A stretch of DNA of 64,000 nt from an uncultured Thermoplasmata archaeon (GCA_963749195.1 CAVVLX010000010.1:32812-96811), one strand, 5' to 3'; positions 8,945 to 18,395 are shown, numbered from the stretch's first letter. Notes: generated by a model not told the origin, from the letters alone. Numbers and translations are program-made.

Positions 8945-9624
8945 TGCGCCGTCCCGAGTCTCCTCGACTGCGACGACCCGCGTTTCCGGGGACGACGGGC
9001 AACAGGGGGTACCGGATCCCTCCGTCGCGAGATTGCCCGAACGTCTCGCTGCATCAGCACGTTGCTCTGACCAAATGGTACGACGACGCGAAAGCCTTCT
9101 CGTCGAAACATTGAAACAGATCCGAACCACGTGGCCACCGCCCGATCGTTCGTGGCGGGGTACGCTTCGACCACGCCGCCGCCTTCCATTTGGATCCCCC
9201 GCAGCGCCTCGCGGAGCGCAAAGCGGGCCACTCCTTGGTGACGAATCGACCGGTCGACAAAGAAGCACGTGATTCGCCACCGGACGGGCGCGGTCACGGA
9301 AGGATTCAACGCCCGGTACTTTCGGCCGGCGTCGATGCGAGGGAACTCGGTTTTCCGGCCGAACTGGCACCATCCGACCGGCTGATCTCCGAGATAGATG
9401 AGAACCCCGTGCGCCTGACCTTGCTCGACCAACTGCTGATGGTCTCGTCGATTCCGATCCGGTCGTTGCTCCTCGGTAGCCACCCTCGTCGGACCCGAGC
9501 GATGGTAGAAAATGCACCAACATCCCGCCTGCATCCCGCGGGAGCGTCGGAACAAGCTCTCAAAGTCTGACCAGGTCGTGGGCGTTAACGGCCGAGAGGT
9601 CAGCGTCGCATTCCTCGGTTCCAT
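8941..9624 (-). CDS. GNAT-family N-acetyltransferase (paralog of 27707..28384)
   Basis: Shares the motifs GCWCIFYH, VGWCQFG, WRITCFFVDR..RHQGVA and GGGVVEAYP with the second copy. Confidence 0.75.
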   Translation of the reverse strand: MEPRNATLTSRPLTPTTWSDFESLFRRSRGMQAGCWCIFYHRSGPTRVATEEQRPDRNRRDHQQLVEQGQAHGVLIYLGDQPVGWCQFGRKTEFPRIDAGRKYRALNPSVTAPVRWRITCFFVDRSIRHQGVARFALREALRGIQMEGGGVVEAYPATNDRAVATWFGSVSMFRREGFRVVVPFGQSNVLMQRDVRAISRRRDPVPPVARRPRKRGSSQSRRLGTAH

Positions 9625-9697
9625 CGCAGGGAAACGGAACGGTACCTGTCTAAAAAGGCGCGGCCCGCAACACTTCGCCGGAGGCGGGGCACAGTTG

Positions 9698-10129
9698 TCA
9701 CAGATGCAGAGTCATCTGCCGAATTCCTTCGGCGTCCTGTTCGAATTCGGTCGAGAAAAAGTCCATGACCTTCGACGGAAGCTGCCCCGGCGGGATCGTA
9801 GGCGAGGAAAATTCCCCGACCAGCGTCACTCGGGTTCGCTGGCCGAGCGGCGTGTAGTAGAAGAGGAACTTGGAACCGGCGATCGGACCTTCGAGGACCT
9901 CGTAGGCCAATCCCAGTGGATAAAACGACGTTCCTCGCATGGAAAACGTGACGGGTCTTCCCTCGTACTCCTGTTCCCACGAAGCGATGAAACTGGTGTC
10001 CGTGAGCTCGGTCAACCGGCTGTTTCGATGGCGGTGCGCGACTCGATGGTCCACCGCTGAAGAAAAATATTTCCAGATCAGCTCTACGGGCGCGTCGTAA
10101 ATCCCCGAATCGTCGAATACGAAGGTCAC
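9698..10129 (-). CDS. SRPBCC/Bet v1-like small protein, family copy 1
   Basis: Trimmed to the GTG at 10127-10129. Alignment with three paralogs starts here (TFVFDDSGIYDAPVELIWKYF) and TATATA lies ~26 nt upstream. Motifs are HRVAHRHRN, SWEQEYEG and LEGPIAGSK. Confidence 0.7.
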   Translation of the reverse strand: MTFVFDDSGIYDAPVELIWKYFSSAVDHRVAHRHRNSRLTELTDTSFIASWEQEYEGRPVTFSMRGTSFYPLGLAYEVLEGPIAGSKFLFYYTPLGQRTRVTLVGEFSSPTIPPGQLPSKVMDFFSTEFEQDAEGIRQMTLHL

Positions 10130-10151
10130 GCTTCCTCGACGCCGGTGCCGG

Positions 10152-10157
10152 TATATA
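10152..10157 (-). promoter_or_regulatory. TATA-like box (TATATA) about 26 nt upstream of GTG 10129
   Basis: A/T hexamer in a GC-rich spacer at the recurrent spacing. Confidence 0.3.
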
Positions 10158-10345
10158 GACCTCCGAGGGGGGGGAACCAGTCGATTTTGGAGTGGGTCTC
10201 GGACCGCCCGCCAGCCACTCCCTATACCCGATTCGCCCGACCATATGGGCAAGAATATCTCGCCGAAGAAGCGACCTCGGCGGAGCTCCCGAGGAGCCAC
10301 AGTTCAGTGGTCCGGGATTTCCCCGGTACGACGATCGGCGAGTGC

Positions 10346-10780
10346 CTATTCCACGAGTTCCGTCGTGAACGATCGGAGTCGCTCAACGATCTCGTCAAAT
10401 AACGCGCGGTTCGCTTGGGGATCGATGCCGATGGCTCCCCAAAAGTCCCATCGGCTTAGCACATAGCCACGGACGTCACTCGTGGCCAGCACGTCTGCGG
10501 TCCTAGGTTGGTCGACCAGCAGCGCCGCTTCCCCAAAGAACTGACCCGCGGATAACACCGTTACCGTCTGACCGAAGCGTCGGACTTCGGCCGTCCCGCT
10601 CAGGATCAAGTAGAGGCCTGTCCCTCGCTCCCCTTGGCGGATGATCGTCTCACCGAGGAGAAAAGTTCGTTCGGCGCCGATCGTCGCGATTTCCTCGAGC
10701 TGGTCCCGCGTCAATCCGGTAAGCAACGGGACCGATCTCAACATCGTCAGCCGCTCCGACGCTCCCGCCTCCGCGACCAT
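10346..10780 (-). CDS. stand-alone cyclic-nucleotide-binding-domain protein with canonical phosphate-binding cassette
   Basis: 144 aa. Sequence features are PLLTGLTRDQLEEIA, GERGTGLYLILSG and FGEAALLVDQPRTADV (the G-E...R-T-A cassette). Confidence 0.85.
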   Translation of the reverse strand: MVAEAGASERLTMLRSVPLLTGLTRDQLEEIATIGAERTFLLGETIIRQGERGTGLYLILSGTAEVRRFGQTVTVLSAGQFFGEAALLVDQPRTADVLATSDVRGYVLSRWDFWGAIGIDPQANRALFDEIVERLRSFTTELVE

Positions 10781-11075
10781 CGACTGTTGGAGACGCCATC
10801 GGCCTGAGGGATATATTTGAGTCCGCTTCGGTCGAGTGCCTGGACGGGCCGTCGAGGAGTATTGCGGAGGATCTAGGGCCCCAAGGAACGCGTCTCATCC
10901 ACGGAAATGGGGTTCGGATGCGGGTCCCCCCCGCACTGGGGATTAGCCATCGGATGAGGCGAAACCTTTCCGGGGTGTTTCCGCTTCCCTGAGGTCCTCC
11001 CTGAAAACGTCCCGAATCGGAATGGATCGCGTCGAAGCCAACTCTACGCCTAATAGCACCGTAAGTTGATGGGGC

Positions 11076-11705
11076 GTGCTGAACTTCCTGTTTGTTCAGA
11101 TCAGCGCGGCGATCGCTCTCATTGCGACCACGATAGGAGTCTTGGTCGGTCTCGGGAGGCGCCCGCGCTCTACGGAACCTCCAGACGTCGTAGCACGGCA
11201 ACTCCCGGCAAAGGGAACCCAGAGCCTCTGGCTGAGCGGGACGTTCCTTGCGATCTTCTGGCCGGTCGGGATTTTTCTGATCCCGATGTATGCCTACCAC
11301 TGGCCGCCGCTTCCCGATTTCCCTTACTCCTGGGTCGTTCAGGTTTGGGGAGTCGCCTTCGGAGTGTTCGGAGGGGTGCTCTTCTCCAGGGCGTCACGAA
11401 CATTAGGCAAACAAATGACGCCGGTCATCGAGCTCCGGCGAGGCCATCAACTCATCCAAACCGGACCATACCGCTTCGTCCGACACCCGGTCTATACGGC
11501 CATCGTGCTCATTGCCCTCGGTCAGGCCCTCCTCTTCCTCAGTCTGCCAGCGGCTGTACTCACTGTCTTGCTCGCCGGTTTGGCCAACTACCGCGCCCGA
11601 CTGGAGGAAGCACTGCTGGGCTCGGCGGCGGGATTCGGCACGATGTATCAGTCGTACGTGGCCCGAACGGGCAGATTCCTCCCTCGACTTCGGGCTCCCC
11701 GGTAG
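11076..11705 (+). CDS. isoprenylcysteine carboxyl methyltransferase (ICMT/PEMT)-family membrane methyltransferase
   Basis: Multi-TM N-terminus. The C-terminal motif is LIQTGPYRFVRHPVYTAIVLIALG...RARLEEALL. GTG start. Confidence 0.8.
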   Translation: MLNFLFVQISAAIALIATTIGVLVGLGRRPRSTEPPDVVARQLPAKGTQSLWLSGTFLAIFWPVGIFLIPMYAYHWPPLPDFPYSWVVQVWGVAFGVFGGVLFSRASRTLGKQMTPVIELRRGHQLIQTGPYRFVRHPVYTAIVLIALGQALLFLSLPAAVLTVLLAGLANYRARLEEALLGSAAGFGTMYQSYVARTGRFLPRLRAPR

Positions 11706-11882
11706 ACGGGGAGCATCGTGAGACTGGCACACGATTCATGGACCCTCGGCGATAGATTGAGTTAGTTTCGAAAAACCGCGAGACCGATCCCGAGAAGGGT
11801 CGTCCGTCAAGATGGGACGGCTTCAACAACCGGCACAAATGCTTTCGATCGAACTCCACAACAGCGACCGAATTCGTTGGAA

Positions 11883-11890
11883 TTTTTTTT
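11883..11890 (+). terminator. T8 run between the ICMT gene and the ABC operon (possible oligo-T termination signal)
   Basis: This is the longest T-run I noticed in an intergenic position. It lies ~180 nt after the upstream stop. Confidence 0.25.
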
Positions 11891-11966
11891 GTCTGAACGA
11901 GGTAGCCTGGGCAAACCGAACCGGTAGCTTCAAAGTCCGCGCCCACTCGCCGGTCGAAGGTCGCGG

Positions 11967-11973
11967 CTATATC
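11967..11973 (+). promoter_or_regulatory. TATA-like box (CTATATC) 26 nt upstream of ATG 11996
   Basis: Same spacing and nearly the same sequence as the boxes upstream of the two TA operons (TTATATC). Confidence 0.35.
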
Positions 11974-11995
11974 ACCCGACACCGAGTGCGGGCCC

Positions 11996-13005
11996 ATGAA
12001 CGGCACCGCCACGATCGTCACGGAAGGCCTCGGAAAGACGTACCCGGCGGTGTCGAGGCCGTACGCGAGGTGACGCTCTCCGTCGGCGAGGGAGAAATCT
12101 ATGGTTTCCTCGGACCGAACGGTGCCGGCAAGACGAGCACCGTTTCGATGCTCACGACACTCATTCTGCCGACCCAGGGTCATGCCTCGATCTCGGGCCT
12201 CGATGTCGTCGAGCGGGCCCGAGAAGTGCGCCGTGAGATTGGACTCGTCTTCCAAGATTCCACGGCGGACGGGGAGCTCACCGGCCGGGAAAACATGGAG
12301 CTGGCCGGCGGACTCTTCGGGATGTCCAGGTCTGCCTGCGCCGGTCAGATCAAGGATCTCCTAGCCCGGATGGACCTTTCCGAGGCGGCGGATCGGCGGG
12401 TGAAGGGGTATTCTGGCGGGATGAAACGACGGCTCGAGCTCGCCGTCGCCATGGTCCACACGCCGAAAGTCCTCTTCCTGGACGAACCCACCCTGGGGCT
12501 TGACCCTCAAGGTCGTGCGGGATTCTGGCGCTATATCCAGGAGCTACGCCGCGAACAGAAGGTCACGATTTTCTTGACAACCCACTATTTGGACGAGGTC
12601 GAGAATCTATGTGACCGCATTGCCATCATCGATCATGGCAAGATCATCGCTACGGGAACGAACGACAGTCTCAAGGAACGGGTGGGGGGGGATGTGGTCG
12701 AGCTCGTGCTTCCACCATCCGCTCCCGACCTTACCACAAAACTGACCGCCGTGCCGGGAGTTCGCGGCGTCCAACGAGACGGCACCCATTACCAAGTTCA
12801 ATGCCCCCGCGCCGAGGGCCTTGTCTCGCTGCTCGTCAAAGCGTGCGACGCGGAGGGGATCCCGGTCGACGGAGTCACCGTCCATCGTCCCAGCCTCGAT
12901 CGGGTTTTCCTCGCGTTGACTGGCAAGGCGTATCGCGAAGAAGGATACGATCAAGGGCGAGCGGGCCAGACTTCCGTGTTTGGCCGTCCCCGGGGGGATC
13001 ACTGA
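11996..13005 (+). CDS. ABC transporter ATP-binding protein (DrrA-like), interrupted by an apparent 1-nt frameshift near 12043-12045
   Basis: ATG 11996 encodes MNGTATIVTEGLGKTYP. The conserved continuation GGVEAVREVTLSVGEGEIYGFLGPNGAGKT is in the -1 frame (the frame of track ORF 11812..13005). Walker A, the signature YSGGMKRRL and Walker B LFLDEPT are present. Confidence 0.8.
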
Positions 13006-13837
13006 TGCTCCTCCCGCTTTCCTCCCTGTTGAAACGGGAGTACCTTCGGTGGGTGCGGGCCCCCACGTGGATCATCGCGGGGCTGATGACTCCGATTCTG
13101 TACCTCCTGCTCTTCGGCCAAGCCTTCAACTTGACGAAATTGATCCCTCCCTCGCCCGGAGCTCAATCCGGTCTCACGACCGCGCTGCTCGGAGCCCCGA
13201 ATTACTTCTCCTACTTCTCGGTCGGAATGGTGGGCTTGGTCGCCGTCACCTCGGCGCTCTTCGCCGGGACCGGGGTAATTTTCGATAAGCAGCTTGGAAT
13301 TCTTCAACGGACCATCGCGACCCGGTCCGGCGGAGCACGATTTTTGCATCCTCGCTGATCTTTCGGGGCTTGCTCGTCGTACTTCCGATCTTCATCGTCA
13401 TGGGACTCGCGTTGGTTTTCGCCCACGTTCCCGGACTGGTCGGCTTGACGGTCACCCAGACGGTGGGGGTGGTGGGAATCGTGGAGATCCTCGCGGCGGT
13501 CTTCGTGCTGGCCATCGCTTTCACGTCGCTGTTTCTGGCCTTCGGCTTCCTCGTCGCACGCGTCGAGTCCTACTTCGCCATCGTGAACCTCCTCAATCTT
13601 CCCATCTTGTTCACGTCGAACGCCCTCTATCCGAATGGCACCTCGCCCCCCTGGCTCCAGACGATCACGGAGTACAATCCGATCTCGCTCGCCGTGAATG
13701 TGATGCGGGAGACGTTCTTTGGGAGCGGTTACTACGCTCACCCGGCATACGTGTACTTGGCGGGGCTTATTGGGTGGGCGGCGGTTCTCGTGACGCTCGC
13801 GCTTCTCCTGGGGTTCCGCGCTCTTCGAACGAAGTAG
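13005..13837 (+). CDS. ABC-2 type transporter permease, interrupted by an apparent 1-nt frameshift near 13321-13323
   Basis: ATG 13005 overlaps the ATPase TGA. The N-terminal half (to ...GILQRTIAT) is in one frame. The continuation PVRRSTIFASSLIFRGLLVVLPIF... runs in the frame of ORF 13370..13837. Confidence 0.75.
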
Positions 13838-14081
13838 TTTGTCGGAGGCGCGTCCTTCAATCCCGTACGGAGCGTATTTCCCACCAACTCCACTCGGCTC
13901 GGGCGAACGATACCCCGGCCCAACGATTGAAGGGGCGAACCGAACGAATTTGAGAGGGCTGAAACTCGGCAGAACGAGCGTCGCTCCCAAGAGGGAACGG
14001 GGGTGGTGGCTCAGTTCAGGCACCCGCGTGGCACGACTCTGCGTCCGTCGATTCGTCGGGGCGGTCGATTGGCCCAACACT

Positions 14082-15089
14082 TCACGGTGTTGCTTCCGCC
14101 GATCCGGGACGCGCCTTGCGCTCCCGAGCGGATGTTCGGGCCCTTCCTTTAGCGAGCCGCGAAGCTTCACCGGTGGCCCCGATCTGCCGCATCGTCTCGA
14201 TCGCTTGCGCGCGGGTCGCTTGCGCACGAGAGGATTCTCCGGCGTCACTGAGGACGTCCGCGAGGTTTCCTAGAATCCTCCCCAGATTCGGAGTCCAGCC
14301 GAGAGCAGCCCAGATTTCGGCGGCCTCATCATAACGACTGATCGCCGTACGGAAGTCTCCGCTGCGAGCGGCAGCCAATCCCTCGACTCCCAGCAGGAAT
14401 CCACGGACCGGCCGTCGCGGCAGAATCCCCGCGACCCGTCGCAATTCCTCGAGATACTGCTGGGACCCCTCCGGCGTTCCGTCGATCGAAGCGGCTTCGA
14501 ACGCCACCGCGAGCAACTCCGCGTAATCGGCGGCGGCAATCACGGGGGCCGGCATCCCCTGATCGAGGAAAGGCGCCAGCGCTTCTCTCGCGAAGCGACC
14601 GGCCTCCTCCGGCCGTCCCCGATCGACGCTGAGACGAGCCAGTACGATCGCCGGAGCTAGCCGCATCACGACGGAGTTCCGTAGTCGGGTCCGTTCGTAC
14701 GGGCCCTCCAGCAAGCTCCCGCTCTTCTCAAGATCTCCTCGCATTCGAGCGACCTCGGCAAGGACGACCAGGTTGGGAAGGTCGGGCGTCGGGTAATTCC
14801 GAACCGCGAACTCGTACGTTTCTTGCGCTAGTCGTTCGCCGGTCTCGAGGTGCCCGAGAATCAAATGGGCCAAGGCCAGGTCTTGCCCTTGCACGTCCCG
14901 CGCATCTAGTTCGTCCCCCAGTTCCCTCAGCTGAACGACTCCCTCCTGGAAGGTCGCGAGGGCCTTGGGGGCATCTTCCTCTAGCAGGAAACTCGACCAG
15001 CCGCCCGTGGAGACGAGCGATCGGATGGAGGAAGGGTCCGGACGCGGGGTGTGAATCACCTTCTCCAGTTCGGCGATCTGCCGTGGCAC
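14082..15089 (-). CDS. TPR-like C-terminal portion of the cyclase-ATPase-TPR protein (separated from 15056..17410 by a frameshift)
   Basis: 335-aa helical-repeat ORF. Its frame stays open upstream of the GTG (...ALEYPLDGWDSVPRQIAELE) and overlaps the end of the upstream ORF. Confidence 0.65.
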   Translation of the reverse strand: MPRQIAELEKVIHTPRPDPSSIRSLVSTGGWSSFLLEEDAPKALATFQEGVVQLRELGDELDARDVQGQDLALAHLILGHLETGERLAQETYEFAVRNYPTPDLPNLVVLAEVARMRGDLEKSGSLLEGPYERTRLRNSVVMRLAPAIVLARLSVDRGRPEEAGRFAREALAPFLDQGMPAPVIAAADYAELLAVAFEAASIDGTPEGSQQYLEELRRVAGILPRRPVRGFLLGVEGLAAARSGDFRTAISRYDEAAEIWAALGWTPNLGRILGNLADVLSDAGESSRAQATRAQAIETMRQIGATGEASRLAKGRARTSARERKARPGSAEATP

Positions 15090-17410
15090 CGAATCCCACC
15101 CGTCGAGCGGATACTCCAGAGCAGGCGGAACCGCGCGTCCACGGCGAGGGAGTTGTCGCCGAGGCGGGTCCCGATGTCGAGGGCGTGGAGAACCCGCGCT
15201 CGAGAGTCCCGAGACGGCAATCCATGGTCGGAATAGGCGGCGAGTTGAAGGTAGACGCGTCCCAGTTCGGCATTTTCCGGTAGGCCCTCCAGCACCCGTC
15301 GCGCCCGCTCGAATCGCTCGACCGCGGCTTGATCGTCGTAGTACGCGTTCGCGTAGAGCGTGCCCGCGGTCAGGTGGGCTCGGGCCAGGGCCGGCCGGTC
15401 CCCGAGCTTCTCATACAGCGCCGCGGCTTCTTCGATATGGCGCAGGCAGCTCTCGATCTCTCCGGAGTGGTGCTCGGCGCGACTCAATCGTTCCGCGAGC
15501 GATGCGCGAAGGGGGTCGTTCGGCCGGGCTTCTAAAATCTCGAGGGCGAGGCGAAGGTGACGAATCGTGTCTTCCCGAGCGTAGACGGCTTCGGCGCGGT
15601 CGGCCGCGAGCAGCGAATACTGCAACGCGTGCTCCAAGTCGTTGCCTTCGAGAAAGTGGAACGCGAGCTCGTGGGCGCCGGCGAGCGTGGGGCTTCCCGC
15701 GAGCGTCAGGAGAGCGTGGGCCGCCTTCAAGTGGAACTTCCGTCGACGGATTGCGCTCTGCTCGTCGTAGAGCAGGTCATGGACCTGGCGATCCGTGAAG
15801 GAGTGCACCACTTCGCGGGCTGAGTGACGTCCCTCTTCGATGATGCGACGCTCGATCGCGGATTCCAGGCTTTTCAGCAGATCGCCCTCCTCGATCTCCG
15901 AAACTTGCTGGAGCAGTTCGTAGCTGAAGTCGTAGCCCAGCACTGAGGCCACGTTGAGAACGTTCATCGTTGGCGCATCGATCCGAGACAGACGGCGACG
16001 AATCACTCGGCGCACCGTATCGGGTAGGCGCAAATCTCCCGGGAGCGGAGATTTTCCCCCCGGGCGAGTTTCGGTAAGCTGTCCCTCCTCGACGAGGGAT
16101 TGGAGGACTTCCTCTACGAAAAACGGATTTCCCCCTGTTTTCTCGAACACCAATCGGCCGAAGTCGGGAGGAAGGTGTTCGCCCCCCACGATGGCATCGA
16201 TCATTTGCTCGACATCTTTCAACGACAATTTCTTGACGGCCAAGGTATCTACGAGGCGTTCCCGGTTGAGGTCGGAGAGGACATCGAGCAGGATCGCGTT
16301 CTCGTCCGTGTCGGTTTCCCGGAAGGTGGCGATCAGGAGGATCCGGTGGCCGTCCAGCTTCCTCGCGCAGTACTGAAGGAGACGGAGGGACGCGGTATCT
16401 GCCCACTGTAGGTCATCGAACACGACGAGCAGGGGGGATTCTTTCGCGATACTCTGAAACAATTGAGTTACCCCATCGAAGAATCGGATTCGAGCCTCGT
16501 CAGGATCGGTGGAGACCGCCGAGCGGGTCGGCCCCACTCGATCCGCGAGTTCAGGGACGAGTTTCACGATCTCTGCCCCCGAGTTTCCGATCACTCGGTA
16601 GAGAAGTTGAGCCGGCGCATTTCGAAGGTATTCGTTCGCGACATCGATCCAGAGGAAGTAGGGTGCGCTCAATTCACCCGGAAGCGCCCGACTTCGAAGG
16701 GCCTTGAAACCGTGACTTTCCGCGGCCGCCGAAGCTTCCTGGGCTAACCGGCTTTTTCCCACTCCCGCTTCCCCGGTCAGTACGACGACACGTCCTTTCC
16801 CTCGTAGGGCCTCCTCGAGCCCCCGCCGGAGCGCCGCCAGCTCCGATTCTCGATCCACCATCGGGATTACACCGCGACCGGGAGATTTCTGCCAAGGCAA
16901 ATCGAGCCGATAGACGACCGTCGGCGATTCGATGTTCTTGAGCACCGGGGAATCGATTTCAGTACCCCGTACGTGAATCTTGTTCCGAATCTGTTCGAAG
17001 ACGGGGGCCGTGACACAAATGCCGCCCGGTTCCGCGAGCGGTTCGATACGGGAAACGATGTTGATTGCGTCGCCGTACACATCGTTCTGTTCATGTACCA
17101 CATCCCCGGCGTGCACTCCGATTCTCAAGTCGACTTGCTCTCCGGTCGCCTTTCGATTTCGATCGAAGAATATTCGTTGAATTTCGATTGCGCATTCGAC
17201 GGCCTCAAGCGCACTCTCGAACTCCACGAGGAACGCGTCTCCGATGGTCTTCACCTCGTGTCCGCGATGACTGGCGAGACATGGACGGACCAATCGTCGG
17301 TGCTCCTCCAAAAGCCGTAGAGCCAGAGCTTCGTCTCGCTGGGTGATCGCGGAGTAGCCGACGATGTCGGTGAGCATCACCGCGACTAGCCGGCGAACCG
17401 ATTCGGCCAC
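15056..17410 (-). CDS. class III adenylate/guanylate cyclase - AAA/STAND ATPase - TPR signal-transduction protein (N-terminal ~784 aa)
   Basis: Cyclase motifs are VMLTDIVGYS and KTIGDAFLVEF. The P-loop is LTGEAGVGKSRL. The start is set to the GTG at 17408-17410 (ATTTAT box ~26 nt upstream). The upstream 116 codons of the track ORF overlap the Rieske gene region. Confidence 0.85.
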   Translation of the reverse strand: MAESVRRLVAVMLTDIVGYSAITQRDEALALRLLEEHRRLVRPCLASHRGHEVKTIGDAFLVEFESALEAVECAIEIQRIFFDRNRKATGEQVDLRIGVHAGDVVHEQNDVYGDAINIVSRIEPLAEPGGICVTAPVFEQIRNKIHVRGTEIDSPVLKNIESPTVVYRLDLPWQKSPGRGVIPMVDRESELAALRRGLEEALRGKGRVVVLTGEAGVGKSRLAQEASAAAESHGFKALRSRALPGELSAPYFLWIDVANEYLRNAPAQLLYRVIGNSGAEIVKLVPELADRVGPTRSAVSTDPDEARIRFFDGVTQLFQSIAKESPLLVVFDDLQWADTASLRLLQYCARKLDGHRILLIATFRETDTDENAILLDVLSDLNRERLVDTLAVKKLSLKDVEQMIDAIVGGEHLPPDFGRLVFEKTGGNPFFVEEVLQSLVEEGQLTETRPGGKSPLPGDLRLPDTVRRVIRRRLSRIDAPTMNVLNVASVLGYDFSYELLQQVSEIEEGDLLKSLESAIERRIIEEGRHSAREVVHSFTDRQVHDLLYDEQSAIRRRKFHLKAAHALLTLAGSPTLAGAHELAFHFLEGNDLEHALQYSLLAADRAEAVYAREDTIRHLRLALEILEARPNDPLRASLAERLSRAEHHSGEIESCLRHIEEAAALYEKLGDRPALARAHLTAGTLYANAYYDDQAAVERFERARRVLEGLPENAELGRVYLQLAAYSDHGLPSRDSRARVLHALDIGTRLGDNSLAVDARFRLLWSIRSTGGIRCHGRSPNWRR

Positions 17411-17433
17411 GCTTGCGAAACGGTCGCGAGCCC

Positions 17434-17439
17434 ATAAAT
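17434..17439 (-). promoter_or_regulatory. TATA-like box (ATTTAT on the minus strand) about 26 nt upstream of GTG 17410
   Basis: A/T hexamer in the 133-nt divergent spacer shared with the Rieske gene. Confidence 0.3.
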
Positions 17440-17543
17440 CGCTCGTACTGTCCCTCCGAGGTGCGCCCGTTCCGGGGAGCGGGGGCCGGGGGAATTCTTG
17501 TATAGACCGGGCAGTAACGGTACTTCTCGAGGGGGGAGAACCG

Positions 17544-17843
17544 ATGAAAGTCCCAGGGGCAAAAGCTCCGGAACCGGGAAAGGCGATTCGAGTTATGGTC
17601 GATGGAGTGGCCGTGGCCGTGTTCAACGTCGGCGGGCTGTTGTTGGGTGTTGACGCGAAGTGCACCCATGTAGGGGGCCCGATGGAACAGGGACCGGTGG
17701 CGGGCACGACCGTCACCTGTCCGTGGCACGGATCGCAGTTCGACCTTCGTTCCGGCACCGTGATCCGGGGACCCGCGGCTCGACCTTTGAGGAGCTATGT
17801 TGTGAGGGCGGAAACCGATGGCCTCGTGATCGACCCCAAGTAA
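17544..17843 (+). CDS. Rieske [2Fe-2S] domain protein (99 aa)
   Basis: Cluster ligands are CTH and CPWH (CTHVGGPMEQGPVAGTTVTCPWHGSQF). The internal ATG at 17544 is preceded by GGGGGGAG. Confidence 0.8.
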   Translation: MKVPGAKAPEPGKAIRVMVDGVAVAVFNVGGLLLGVDAKCTHVGGPMEQGPVAGTTVTCPWHGSQFDLRSGTVIRGPAARPLRSYVVRAETDGLVIDPK

Positions 17844-17960
17844 TCCCTGACGTCTTTCGAGGCGCCACCAAGTTCCGCCGTTGACTCCTCAGATCGCGAA
17901 GCCCGACCCCCCCCAGCCGCTGAAGAAGGCGGAGGGGGTACTCTTCCGACAGCCGAGCGT

Positions 17961-18395
17961 CTACTTCTTCGAAGCGAATTGCTTGATCGCGTCGCTGTCC
18001 TCGTGGAATACTTTCTCGAGGTTCGCCCAGACGGCCTTCTCGAGCATGGCGGGCGGGATCGTCTTGGAGGTCCATTCGCCCACGACGACCACTTCCGTCT
18101 TGTTTCCCTTCGGAACGTAGTAGTTGAAGAACTTCGACCCGGCGAACGGACCTTCTAGAGGCTCTACGGCGAATCCGAGCGGGGGAAGAAACGTGAGTCG
18201 ATTCGCGCTCTTGACCCACTTTCCGTCCATCTCCTGTTCCCACGAAAGTTCGACCGAGGTTTCGCTGATCGGTTTTCGCTGAAAGTTCCGACGACCCTTG
18301 TGGGCCTCTCCGTGATCGGTTTCGGACTGGATATACGCCCACACGACGTTCAGTGGCGCGTCGAAATGACTTCCCTCGTCCTTGATGTGCACCAT
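17961..18395 (-). CDS. SRPBCC/Bet v1-like small protein, family copy 2
   Basis: 144 aa: MVHIKDEGSHFDAPLNVVWAYI, HGEAHKGRRN, SWEQEMDG, LEGPFAGSK. Confidence 0.8.
   Translation of the reverse strand: MVHIKDEGSHFDAPLNVVWAYIQSETDHGEAHKGRRNFQRKPISETSVELSWEQEMDGKWVKSANRLTFLPPLGFAVEPLEGPFAGSKFFNYYVPKGNKTEVVVVGEWTSKTIPPAMLEKAVWANLEKVFHEDSDAIKQFASKK

Noticed and set aside
8945-9523. The N-terminal 190 codons of the 468-aa track ORF 8117..9523.
   Set aside because: This part overlaps the GNAT gene in another frame and has a low-complexity Arg/Ser/Pro composition. Only the C-terminal methyltransferase part is credible.
11812-11995. The upstream extension of the ABC ATPase ORF (start at 11812).
   Set aside because: The extension lacks the conserved N-terminal strand of ABC ATPases. 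That strand is instead encoded from ATG 11996 in the +1 frame, so I interpret this as a frameshift rather than a long N-terminus.
13839-14273. 144-aa + strand ORF after the ABC permease.
   Set aside because: It overlaps the 3' end of the TPR gene on the opposite strand. It is Arg/Gly/Ser-rich and I recognise no family.
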